DNA of 32,000 bases from Marinobacterium iners (GTDB taxonomy: Bacteria > Pseudomonadota > Gammaproteobacteria > Pseudomonadales > Balneatricaceae). Of this stretch, positions 1 through 8,549 are shown piece after piece. Position numbers and translations under genes: made by a program. Under the pieces are notes generated by a model that had not been told where the DNA came from, made no database searches, and worked only from the letters and a program-made list of their open reading frames with translations. Position 1 is the first letter of the stretch. Each line of letters starts with the position of its first letter. Location: contig NZ_CP022297.1 in NCBI RefSeq assembly GCF_017310015.1, forward strand, positions 806,774 through 838,773, in the 5' to 3' direction.

Positions 1-422
1 ACGAAAACGTGCTTGCTATTAGGTCAAACGTAACGGATGCAGAGCTCGCTATATGGCGTTCAGGCACTCGTAGCGAAGTTGTTCCAGCTACTTGTTCAAT
101 GCTAAAGCGAGATCCTTTCTTTAAAAAAGGCCTGTACTTCCGCTACATCTACTTAAGTCGACGCGGCGAAGTTCTTGATGACTTCGTGGTCAATAGGCCT
201 GCGTGCAGCGGCTTATAATTCCAAAAATGAACCCGACTCCATGAGCGGGTTCCCTGTATGTTCTGAACCACATCAATTTGTAGCTGTGAGCTGCACAGCC
301 GGCGTATCAATTTAGGAAAGTTTCTCCGCCGATGTATGTCCACCAATTTCATTTATTTAACTGCAAAGATTACTGTTTATATATACTCGGTGCACCCTGA
401 AAAGAGCGCGCCTGATAGCAGT

Positions 423-1340
423 TCAGTTTGCTTCTGCAATTCCTTCTGCTATTCTTCTTATCTCTTGGGCGAAACGAATTCTATCATCGAACTCATACCT
501 GTTTTTTTCTCCAGTTATCACAACCTGTTTTCCTTTTTCGACTACATCATATCCTACAGATGAAAGCTGTTTCGAAATAAATAAATACAAAATCGTTTGG
601 TTGTTTTCATTAAGTATGCGGCTGTAGAAAGAATCGTTATACGCCATGATTCTCTTTATTGCATCGATTAAATCAGAAGGTTGAAAAAACTTATCTTCTA
701 TTTTTTCAATAATTTCTCTTGGCGAAACTTGATCGCCTACAATATTTATATGCTGTTTGAGATATTCTAGAGCGTCATGCCTTTCATCTCTGATAAGGTT
801 AAGTGCAAAGTTTTGTATGTCCTCACTTTTGCCATAGTGCTTTTCCAGATAAAGACTGAGTATCCTTTTCATCAGCCTTCCATCTTTATCAAGATAGTTT
901 TTTTTACAGGCTACTGCCATATACCTATCTGCAAGGTTTCTGGATAACTGATTTAGTCTTTGGTGATATTCACTCATCATTGGGCAGTACTCTGTAAGTA
1001 CTTCCCACTTTTCTTGGCTTTCAAAATTGCTAGTTGTGATTGTTTTTGGAGGGGTTTCTTTTTTAGAGTGTTCAGTCTTTTCATTCTGATTCGTTGATAT
1101 CGGGTTTTCACTATTAGATTGCTGTATTGATTCTTTTTTCTTATAAAAAATAAGGCCTAAAATAAAAGCAATAGGGCTAAAAATAACTAATCCACCAATA
1201 AATCTTAAAATGGCCATTGCAAACTCGCCTGAAAAATCAGGACCATTAATTGCGTAAAGTACTTTAAAAAAATTATAAGCAAAATATAAAAAGTTTATTG
1301 TCCAAACATATCTAAATCCATTTTTAGTTCTTTCACTCAT
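423..1340 (-). CDS. Hypothetical membrane-anchored protein with hydrophobic N-terminal segments
   Basis: 305-aa ORF on the minus strand. N-terminus has hydrophobic stretches (FLYFAYNFFKVLYAI; FAMAILRFIGGLVIFSPIAFILGLIFY) followed by a charged linker and a soluble C-terminal part. No family recognised. Confidence 0.75.
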   Translation of the reverse strand: MSERTKNGFRYVWTINFLYFAYNFFKVLYAINGPDFSGEFAMAILRFIGGLVIFSPIAFILGLIFYKKKESIQQSNSENPISTNQNEKTEHSKKETPPKTITTSNFESQEKWEVLTEYCPMMSEYHQRLNQLSRNLADRYMAVACKKNYLDKDGRLMKRILSLYLEKHYGKSEDIQNFALNLIRDERHDALEYLKQHINIVGDQVSPREIIEKIEDKFFQPSDLIDAIKRIMAYNDSFYSRILNENNQTILYLFISKQLSSVGYDVVEKGKQVVITGEKNRYEFDDRIRFAQEIRRIAEGIAEAN

Positions 1341-1393
1341 TTTAAGTCCCTCTTTATAAAATATAGTGCCATGCGAGTGTATTCTTTATAACT

Positions 1394-2668
1394 TCAGATA
1401 TTAAAATCCTTCTCCACCAGCCGCCCAGTCGTATTATCCATCCGATACCGGATAATGCTGCCGTCTATAATACGCTTCACGACTTCCCGTGCGGTATCCA
1501 GCTCTACATCGAACCACTCACGGGGGCGATAGGTGCCACCGTCACGGCTGTGCAGTGTCACGTTCACTCGCTGGTTATGTAGCATGGCATGGATCAGTCG
1601 TTCAAAGCGGTGCGGGTCCAGGTTGTAGCAGTCGAATGACGCCACCACCTTTACCGGTGCTTCAAGGTAGGTCTGCTGGCGCTCGGCACCGGCCAGACGC
1701 TTGTCCAAGTCCTTTTCGGTGTAGCCTATTTTGTGCAGGTGCCGTACCTGCCGCAATACCGGGTCATGGCTCAGCGAGCGCAGAATATAGATGATGCCGG
1801 TTTGCTGGTCTTTGTGGGTCAGTCCTGCAAGGCCATTCAGGGCTTTATCCTGCTGCAGGATGCGGCGACCGGTTTCGTCCTTGTACAGTGCCCGAGCCAG
1901 CGAGCGCAATAGCAGGTTGGATTCAGTCCCGTTGTCGAATACTACGCGCAGCCTAGGGTTAAACTTGGTGCCGGCGCCTACACTTTCCTTGCCGACCTGA
2001 TCGGCGATACAGATCATGCCATTGAGGATGAACATATCGCCTTCATCAATCTGCGACTCTTTTTTGAAGGGTACGGTTTCAGCACCGCCGTTGCGTATGG
2101 CGTCACGGACTTCATCAAACAGGCGCTCGAAGCGGTAGAAGTCGTCACAGACTGTGCGCTTGGCAATCTCGTCCGGGCGCTCCTTTTCTTCAGCCTCGCT
2201 CACATGCGCCATATCAAAGATGGATTCAGCTTCAGCATCCACTGACAGCAGGCCCAAGGGGTCGCTCTCGAGTATGTCATCCAGTGAACTTACATCGTCT
2301 AACCCGGCTGCTTCAGTCACGCAGGCAGGCGGGTGTGTGCCAATCTGTCCGTCAGTGTCTGTGCTGGCGCTCAATAACCTGAGACTGTCATGTTGCGCCA
2401 GTCTGTCCAGGTGTTCAGGATTGGCTCTGATGGCGGCCAAGCGCACGGCTAGGGTGGCTTCCTGCAAATCTTCAGCGTCTTGGTCAGGCTCCCGCCCGTT
2501 TTCACTCACAAATACTTCAACAGCCTTAAAACCACTCAAAAGGCGCTCATCCGCCGTGGGTGCTGATGCCCGTGAAGCCGTTACATTGAGCAGGCCCAAG
2601 GGATCATCACCGGAAAAAATATCATCCAAGGTGCGCCTGGCCGGTCGCTCACGGCGGGTGCGAATCAT
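1394..2668 (-). CDS. Protein with C-terminal GIY-YIG/T5orf172 (MUG113-like) nuclease-type domain
   Basis: 424 aa. C-terminal segment GIIYILRSLSHDPVLRQVRHLHKIGYTEKDLDKRLAGAERQQTYLEAPVKVVASFDCYNLDPHRFERLIHAML matches the T5orf172/MUG113 pattern (YILRS...KIGYT...R...A...P...V). Start overlaps the helicase stop (2665-2668). Confidence 0.8.
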   Translation of the reverse strand: MIRTRRERPARRTLDDIFSGDDPLGLLNVTASRASAPTADERLLSGFKAVEVFVSENGREPDQDAEDLQEATLAVRLAAIRANPEHLDRLAQHDSLRLLSASTDTDGQIGTHPPACVTEAAGLDDVSSLDDILESDPLGLLSVDAEAESIFDMAHVSEAEEKERPDEIAKRTVCDDFYRFERLFDEVRDAIRNGGAETVPFKKESQIDEGDMFILNGMICIADQVGKESVGAGTKFNPRLRVVFDNGTESNLLLRSLARALYKDETGRRILQQDKALNGLAGLTHKDQQTGIIYILRSLSHDPVLRQVRHLHKIGYTEKDLDKRLAGAERQQTYLEAPVKVVASFDCYNLDPHRFERLIHAMLHNQRVNVTLHSRDGGTYRPREWFDVELDTAREVVKRIIDGSIIRYRMDNTTGRLVEKDFNI

Positions 2669-4746
2669 GCGGTGGCTCCTTTCATCCGCTCACGTTTCTT
2701 CTGTTGAATATAGGCCAATGCTTCGGCATAGCGTACTTCCATTTGATCGTCACTGGTCACGGAAGGTGGTCGGCCCTTCTGCTGAACAAAGGCATTGATG
2801 CGGGGCCAGAGAATCACCGCTTCCTCTTCAGTCATCTGGGTACGCTTGCTGACAACGACATCCTGAATGGTCTTGAGTACCGGTGCGGTCAGCGCCTTGG
2901 ACAGAATCTCGTAGGCGCCCTGGAAGGGGTTGATCTGATTGATAAGGTCGATGTTCAAGTGTTCAATGTTGACGAACTTGTCACCTATTTTGAGGAACTG
3001 ACGTCCGCCACCAGCACTGCCGGTATCGATGTTATCTTCATCAGCCGATTCACCTGGTCGCTGATCGGGATTGACGGCTTCACCGGCGGGCTGCGTGTCG
3101 TAGCGACCGTCTGGTTCCAATATCTGTGCGCCGTCTGGCAAGTCCTCTTCATTGAACAGGCCACCGGTGGCGCGTGCCTGCATAGTGGTCAGTACGGTTT
3201 CACGCAGCAGTTCCCGTTCGCCTTCATCTAAATCAGGGTGCAGTCGCTCTATGACCTTGGGTATCTCGGTCTGATTAATCACTTCAGGTTCAGTGGACTC
3301 AGTGACGGCCGCAGCGGCTACTTTGGGTTCCTGCAACAGGGCGGCAATAATGTCCTCCTGCCCACCGGACTGCAGAATATCCATCACCTTTTGAGAAACC
3401 GGTGCGGCCGTGTCTTCGATTACGACTGTGCCTGGCTCAACCGTTTCGTCGGGCTTCATACGAGAGCGGGGCTTGAAGTTGATGCTGGGCGCCAGCACTT
3501 GTTCCATCAGCAGGGAAACAGTAATCGCCTTGAGCAGGTTGTTGACGCTGTTCTGCACGTCTTCATCTTCGGCATCAGGCTGGGCGATCAGGTTGGTGAA
3601 TTGAGCGTGTGTTTTACCTTCGCTGTCACGTGTTGCACGGCCGATGATCTGGATAATCTCGGTCATCGAGTTGCGGTAGCCGATGGTCAGCACATGCTCA
3701 CAGTAGGGCCAGTCAAACCCCTCTTTGGCCATGCCCAGGGCGATAATCACATCCACATCATCCCGATGGTTTACTTGGCGCAGGTATTCCTGAATGTGGG
3801 TGCGGACAAGGGTATCCGTTACCAGGTCGGCAACCTTCAGCAGGCGACCAGATGAGTGACGTACAGTGATAATGCCTGTTTTGGCATCCTGATCTTCGAC
3901 CTTGCCCAGCGCATCCAGAATGTAATCCACTTCACTGTACTTATCAGTGGTGCTCTCGCCGCTGTTGCGATGGGGAATGTGAACAATGGTTTTGCGTTCC
4001 GGGTCCAGCACTTCATGGATGGCATCCAGATAGCTGCCCTGATAGAAGTGATAGCCGATCCCCAATGACTTCAGGTAACGGTAGCCATTGAGCTGTTCAT
4101 AGTAGGTATAGGTCACTTTATCGAACAGGGCTTCATCGTCCGGCAGCAGGATAGGGGCTGCATCACCTCGGAAGTAAGAGCCGGTCATGGCAATAATATG
4201 GGCGCTGGATGATCGTATCAGGTCATCAATCAGGGCGCCCAGCCGGTTGTTTTCGTCAGCGGACACATGATGGAATTCATCAATCGCCACCAGACAGTCG
4301 TTGAAGTCGACAGGGGTGAGTTTGTCGAAGGCAAAGCGCAGGGTCGCGTGAGTGCAGACCAGTGTCTTGGCAGCGGGGTCTTTCATAAAAGCACGGAAAG
4401 CGTCTACCTTGCCGCTGTCATTGCCGGCACGGCAAAGGTCATGCCGGCTTTCAACGTGCCAATCCCATTCAAAGCCATGTGTGGTAAGGTCGGTGTCCTT
4501 GAAGCTGGCGCCGATGGATTTTTCCGGCACGGCAACAATCACCTTGCGTAGCCCCTGGCGATTCAGCTTGTGCAACGCCAGGAACATCAGCGCCCGTGAT
4601 TTACCTGATGCCGGTGGTGCCTTGATCAGCAGGTACTGGCTGTCTCGCTTGGCATAGGCGCGGGCCTGCATCTCCCGCATTCCTTGTGCGTTACTGCTGG
4701 CGCTTTTACCGTTGCGTGCGTACTCGACCTTGATCAACTCGGCCAT
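2665..4746 (-). CDS. DEAD/DEAH-box (ResIII-like) superfamily-2 helicase
   Basis: 693 aa. Walker A APPASGKSRALMF, Walker B-like AIDEFHH, motif III-like MTGSY, motif VI-like IIQIIGRATRD. Confidence 0.85.
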   Translation of the reverse strand: MAELIKVEYARNGKSASSNAQGMREMQARAYAKRDSQYLLIKAPPASGKSRALMFLALHKLNRQGLRKVIVAVPEKSIGASFKDTDLTTHGFEWDWHVESRHDLCRAGNDSGKVDAFRAFMKDPAAKTLVCTHATLRFAFDKLTPVDFNDCLVAIDEFHHVSADENNRLGALIDDLIRSSSAHIIAMTGSYFRGDAAPILLPDDEALFDKVTYTYYEQLNGYRYLKSLGIGYHFYQGSYLDAIHEVLDPERKTIVHIPHRNSGESTTDKYSEVDYILDALGKVEDQDAKTGIITVRHSSGRLLKVADLVTDTLVRTHIQEYLRQVNHRDDVDVIIALGMAKEGFDWPYCEHVLTIGYRNSMTEIIQIIGRATRDSEGKTHAQFTNLIAQPDAEDEDVQNSVNNLLKAITVSLLMEQVLAPSINFKPRSRMKPDETVEPGTVVIEDTAAPVSQKVMDILQSGGQEDIIAALLQEPKVAAAAVTESTEPEVINQTEIPKVIERLHPDLDEGERELLRETVLTTMQARATGGLFNEEDLPDGAQILEPDGRYDTQPAGEAVNPDQRPGESADEDNIDTGSAGGGRQFLKIGDKFVNIEHLNIDLINQINPFQGAYEILSKALTAPVLKTIQDVVVSKRTQMTEEEAVILWPRINAFVQQKGRPPSVTSDDQMEVRYAEALAYIQQKKRERMKGATA

Positions 4747-4775
4747 TGTTCAGCCCTCCCTGGTTCAGTGTTTGG

Positions 4776-5084
4776 TTAGTGTGATGCCGCCTGTGTCAGG
4801 TCGTGGAAGTGGATTCCGGTCGCTCGCATTACGGCCGTCATGGTACGCAGTGTGGGGTTACCCTTAGGTGACAGGGCACGGTACAGGCTTTCCCGAGACA
4901 CCTTGGCCCGTTCAGCAATTACGGTCATGCCGCCCTGTGCCTCAACCACATGGCGCAGGGCGATCAGAAAGGCAGATTCGCCGCCTTCTTCGTCCAGTTC
5001 GTCAAACGCTGCACGCAGGTACTCAACCGCCATGTTGGGGTCGGAACGCAGCATCTCGATTACAGCATCGTCATGGTTTTTCAT
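4776..5084 (-). CDS. HigA/HI1420-type addiction module antidote (HTH) protein
   Basis: 102 aa. HTH-like ALRHVVEAQGGMTVIAERAKVSRESLYRALSPKGNPTLRTMTAVMRATG. Overlaps the toxin stop by 4 nt. Confidence 0.85.
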   Translation of the reverse strand: MKNHDDAVIEMLRSDPNMAVEYLRAAFDELDEEGGESAFLIALRHVVEAQGGMTVIAERAKVSRESLYRALSPKGNPTLRTMTAVMRATGIHFHDLTQAASH

Positions 5085-5422
5085 GATTCTATTCTCTCTC
5101 GATAATCCGCCAGAAACGCTTTAGCCTGGGTGATATCCTGCTGTTGGCGTTTTTTGCTGCCACCAATCAGCAGTAACACCCGGCGTTCGCCAATATCGGC
5201 GTAATACACTCGATAGCCGGGGCCATAGGTAATACGCAGCTCCATCACGCCTTCACCAACGGCTTTGGTATCGCCGGCATTGCCCAGCGCCAGTCGGTTG
5301 AGGCGGGTCAGCACGCGCATGGCCGCCTGAATATCCTTTTTCTTGGTGGCATCGAGCCATGCCTGAAAAGGGTCATGGCCATCGCTGGTCAGGTAGTGCT
5401 TTAGCTCAATCATATCAATCAT
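5081..5422 (-). CDS. RelE/ParE-superfamily addiction module killer protein (HigB-like)
   Basis: 113 aa. Core MELRITYGPGYRVYYADIGERRVLLLIGGSKKRQQQDITQAKAFL is typical of the RelE/HigB killer family. Paired with the downstream HTH antidote. Confidence 0.88.
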   Translation of the reverse strand: MIDMIELKHYLTSDGHDPFQAWLDATKKKDIQAAMRVLTRLNRLALGNAGDTKAVGEGVMELRITYGPGYRVYYADIGERRVLLLIGGSKKRQQQDITQAKAFLADYRERIES

Positions 5423-5465
5423 TGTAGCTTGAAAGCTACGTCAGTGCCTATGCAGGTGAGGCTAT

Positions 5466-8210
5466 TCAGTCGCTGGATGTGCGCCGCCTTGCGCGGGTCT
5501 TGGCGTTACGCTGTTCCGCTTCAATTAAAGCTTCATAGCGTGCCAGCAAGAACTCCTGCCGCTCGGCCGTATCACGGAAAGGGCGCTCTCGGTACAGGTG
5601 CTCTACTGCACGGTCGAGTGCCTGGTGTGCCTGCAGTAGATCGTCCGGCATTTTGTCGGGATCGTACATCTGCGCCAGCGTTTTGTCAGGGTGCGCACCA
5701 CGGGCGAGGATTATCTGCCTGCCCAACTTTTCAATGGCGCTGCGCTGGGTATTGCTGGCGTCAGGCCAAGGGAAGGTGTTGTAAACCAGCGTGGCCGAAT
5801 AGCGGTAGTCGCTTTTGAGCCGGCCGCCGACCAGCCGCAACCAGTCCATGTGCATCTGGGTGGACAAGATTGCTAACTCGTAGAGAGTGCCATTGGGGAT
5901 GGTTTGTACGAGGTCAGTGACTATTGTTGTTCCATCAAAAATGCCTACAGGGCTGTAAACCCTTCTCTCTGAGGTAACACGGGGAACGAGGATAAAGGTG
6001 TCTGGATTATTAATATCACGGAACTGGTGTGGTCTTTCAGCCAGTTTATGGGCGCCAGCATCGCGGCTGGCAAGGCGCATCTCCTTGACATCTTCAACAC
6101 GCTTTTTCACCAGAGGCATGGCGTCAATGTCGGATTGGTCTGCACCCACTAACCATAGACACCAGCGCTCTTTGCCCTGCAGAAACTCTTGGGCACCAAG
6201 GAGTTGTCTGATCCACTTCGCGGCTTCAGGCTCAGTCAGCAACAACTGATTTTTTTCCTCTGTAGAAAGAATCAGGTGTCCGCCATCAAGTGGCTTATTG
6301 CCATAAACCATAGCTGCACAGGGTAATAACGGATGGCGGCGACTGCCCACTACAACGTTACCAGCTTCAAGCAGGTATGGACTGATATTAACAACCTCCC
6401 GCAGACGCCACTGGCTATCCAACTGCTGATAAAGGCGCTTGGACTCAGGTTTGGAACAAAGGCCAATGATCACCACATGAACACCGGCATTGCCTTGGGC
6501 GCTGTTCTTCCAACTGAAGGTTTGGTACGCAAAGGCTATCTGAACCTGCAGATCCAGTATGGCTGGCCAGAGCATGGCCACCTGCTCGCCCTGGCAGATT
6601 GAGTTGGTTGCCACCAAGGCGATTTGACCGCGTTGGCGGATATACTGTGCGCCTTTCCAGAAAAAGCTTGCCACATAATCCAGATAACGGTGTTTCTTGA
6701 ACCCGGCAAATACCAGATCCATATCGGCGTTTTGTACTGCAGAGCGATAGGTGGCCCCTCGGAATGGTGGATTGCCGCATACAAACACCTCGGCCTCGCC
6801 ATCATTCGGGCATACCGCATTCCAGTCCATACGCAGGCTGTTACCCAGTACCAGATGGCCGTAGTCCTTCAAGGGCAGCAGAGGTTCCGCATGGCCGAAC
6901 TCCTTGGCAAACAGGGTATTCATCTGGTGCTCAGCCAGCCATAACGAAAGCTGTGCGATCTCATGGGCTGCGTCATCAATTTCGATGCCGTAGAACTGGC
7001 TCAGACGGATACCGCTCATGAAGAACTCATTTTGCTGCATCTGCATTGCGTTCTTCAGGTTGACGGCCTGCAGCTCACGTAAAACCGCCATCTCCAATCG
7101 GCGCAGCTCCTTGTAGGCGATGATCAGAAAGTTGCCTGATCCCATTGCCGGGTCGAATACCCGAATTCGGGTCAGACGCCCCAGCAGGGATTCCAGTTTC
7201 TTGCGCTGGCCTTTGGCGCTGTCCAGGCTGGCATAGAGGTCATCCAGAAACAGTGGTCGTATCACCTTCATGATGTTGGGCACGGAGGTATAGTGCTGGC
7301 CCAGGCTGTCACGACTTTCCTCATCCACAACCGCTTGGAACATCGAGCCGAAGATATCCGGGTTTACTGCTTCCCAGTTGAGCTGGCCGCACTCGATCAT
7401 CATGCGCCGTGCTCTGGCGCCAATGGTGGGCATTGGCAGGTCATCGCTGAACAGGCCGCCATTAACGTATGGGAACTGGCTGATGTGCGCCGGCAGGTCG
7501 GCAGGGCGGTCTGACTCAGGCTGGTTCATAATTGTGAATAGCTGCGCCAGCAAGGCTGGCAGGTCGTCGCCGCTGTCGCTGCTGGCCTCAGTGATTACAC
7601 GCGTGAAGGCGCCAGATTTGAAAATGCCGGTGTCTTCGGCGAAGTAGCAGAACAGCAGACGAGTCAGAAAAACGTTGAGCGCATGGCGCTGTTCAGTGGT
7701 TTCAAAGGCATTGTGTTCCTTGAGGCGATCAAACAACCGGCCCATCTTGGCGGCTGCCTTGAGGTCCGCTGATGCCTCCTCAAAGTGCTTGGTGCGCTCC
7801 AGCCCCGCCATTGGTGCAAAGAACAGGTACTGAGTGGCCAGCTTGTCGAAGTCCACCTCGAGCCGTTCATCTGTGCGGGTATCCAGAGCCGTGATTTCAC
7901 GGTGGTCCGTGACCAACAGAAAGCGGCATTTGTGCCGGCGTGGTTCGTCATCGTCGGCGAGTGCCTGTTGGGCTTCATGGATGCTTTCACCATCACGCAC
8001 CGGCATGAAGTACAGCCAATTCTTCAGCGCCACATGGCCGTCTTCCTTACGAGATGCCACATTGCGCTGCCCATTGTTGCGCACCTGGGTGATCGTTGCT
8101 TTGGGGAAACCGTAAGCGTCAAGAAAGGCGAATATGAACTCACCGGGATCAGCGCCTGCAGCGGTGGCAGCCGTGAGGGTGTTCATACAGTAGGTCTGGT
8201 CGAAAGCCAT
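5466..8210 (-). CDS. MmeI-like class I SAM-dependent DNA methyltransferase
   Basis: Listed ORF 5466..8300; the more likely start is the Met at 8210 (MAFDQTYCMNTLTAATAAG...). Motif I DPAMGSGNF, motif IV NPPF, TRD-like C-terminal half. Confidence 0.85.
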   Translation of the reverse strand: MAFDQTYCMNTLTAATAAGADPGEFIFAFLDAYGFPKATITQVRNNGQRNVASRKEDGHVALKNWLYFMPVRDGESIHEAQQALADDDEPRRHKCRFLLVTDHREITALDTRTDERLEVDFDKLATQYLFFAPMAGLERTKHFEEASADLKAAAKMGRLFDRLKEHNAFETTEQRHALNVFLTRLLFCYFAEDTGIFKSGAFTRVITEASSDSGDDLPALLAQLFTIMNQPESDRPADLPAHISQFPYVNGGLFSDDLPMPTIGARARRMMIECGQLNWEAVNPDIFGSMFQAVVDEESRDSLGQHYTSVPNIMKVIRPLFLDDLYASLDSAKGQRKKLESLLGRLTRIRVFDPAMGSGNFLIIAYKELRRLEMAVLRELQAVNLKNAMQMQQNEFFMSGIRLSQFYGIEIDDAAHEIAQLSLWLAEHQMNTLFAKEFGHAEPLLPLKDYGHLVLGNSLRMDWNAVCPNDGEAEVFVCGNPPFRGATYRSAVQNADMDLVFAGFKKHRYLDYVASFFWKGAQYIRQRGQIALVATNSICQGEQVAMLWPAILDLQVQIAFAYQTFSWKNSAQGNAGVHVVIIGLCSKPESKRLYQQLDSQWRLREVVNISPYLLEAGNVVVGSRRHPLLPCAAMVYGNKPLDGGHLILSTEEKNQLLLTEPEAAKWIRQLLGAQEFLQGKERWCLWLVGADQSDIDAMPLVKKRVEDVKEMRLASRDAGAHKLAERPHQFRDINNPDTFILVPRVTSERRVYSPVGIFDGTTIVTDLVQTIPNGTLYELAILSTQMHMDWLRLVGGRLKSDYRYSATLVYNTFPWPDASNTQRSAIEKLGRQIILARGAHPDKTLAQMYDPDKMPDDLLQAHQALDRAVEHLYRERPFRDTAERQEFLLARYEALIEAEQRNAKTRARRRTSSD

Positions 8211-8549
8211 GAAGCGTGCGTCCTGCGTGTAGCGTATATATGACAGACAACTATAGCCGCTTGGGCAGAGAGGGGGTAGGGGTGGTGCCATCCTTGGCAC
8301 CGTAATCAGTGCAGTCTTGTCCTCAGCCAGGTGTTGGCAGCAAAGCGACCTGCATTGTCACGCTGGCGCTTTGTGCCGGTGGTGAATGTCATAAGCGGCC
8401 ACCAATGCTTATGCCCGTCTTGTGACACTAGTCAGTCAGATATTAACCAGCTCGGTGTATTTGAACGCTTCCTGAAGCGGTTGCATCTGTAGTGGCCTGA
8501 TCGTCTTGCGCGTAGGGGTGTTTCCTTCGCTGGTAACAGTGTTTCCTTC

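Noticed and set aside
9-352. Small overlapping ORFs at the left window edge (9..218 +, 149..352 -)
   Set aside because: Short, edge-located, opposite-strand overlapping frames with no recognisable domain.
2154-2798. Plus-strand ORF (214 aa) antisense to the GIY-YIG/helicase genes
   Set aside because: Low-complexity Ser/Arg-rich shadow ORF fully opposite well-supported genes.
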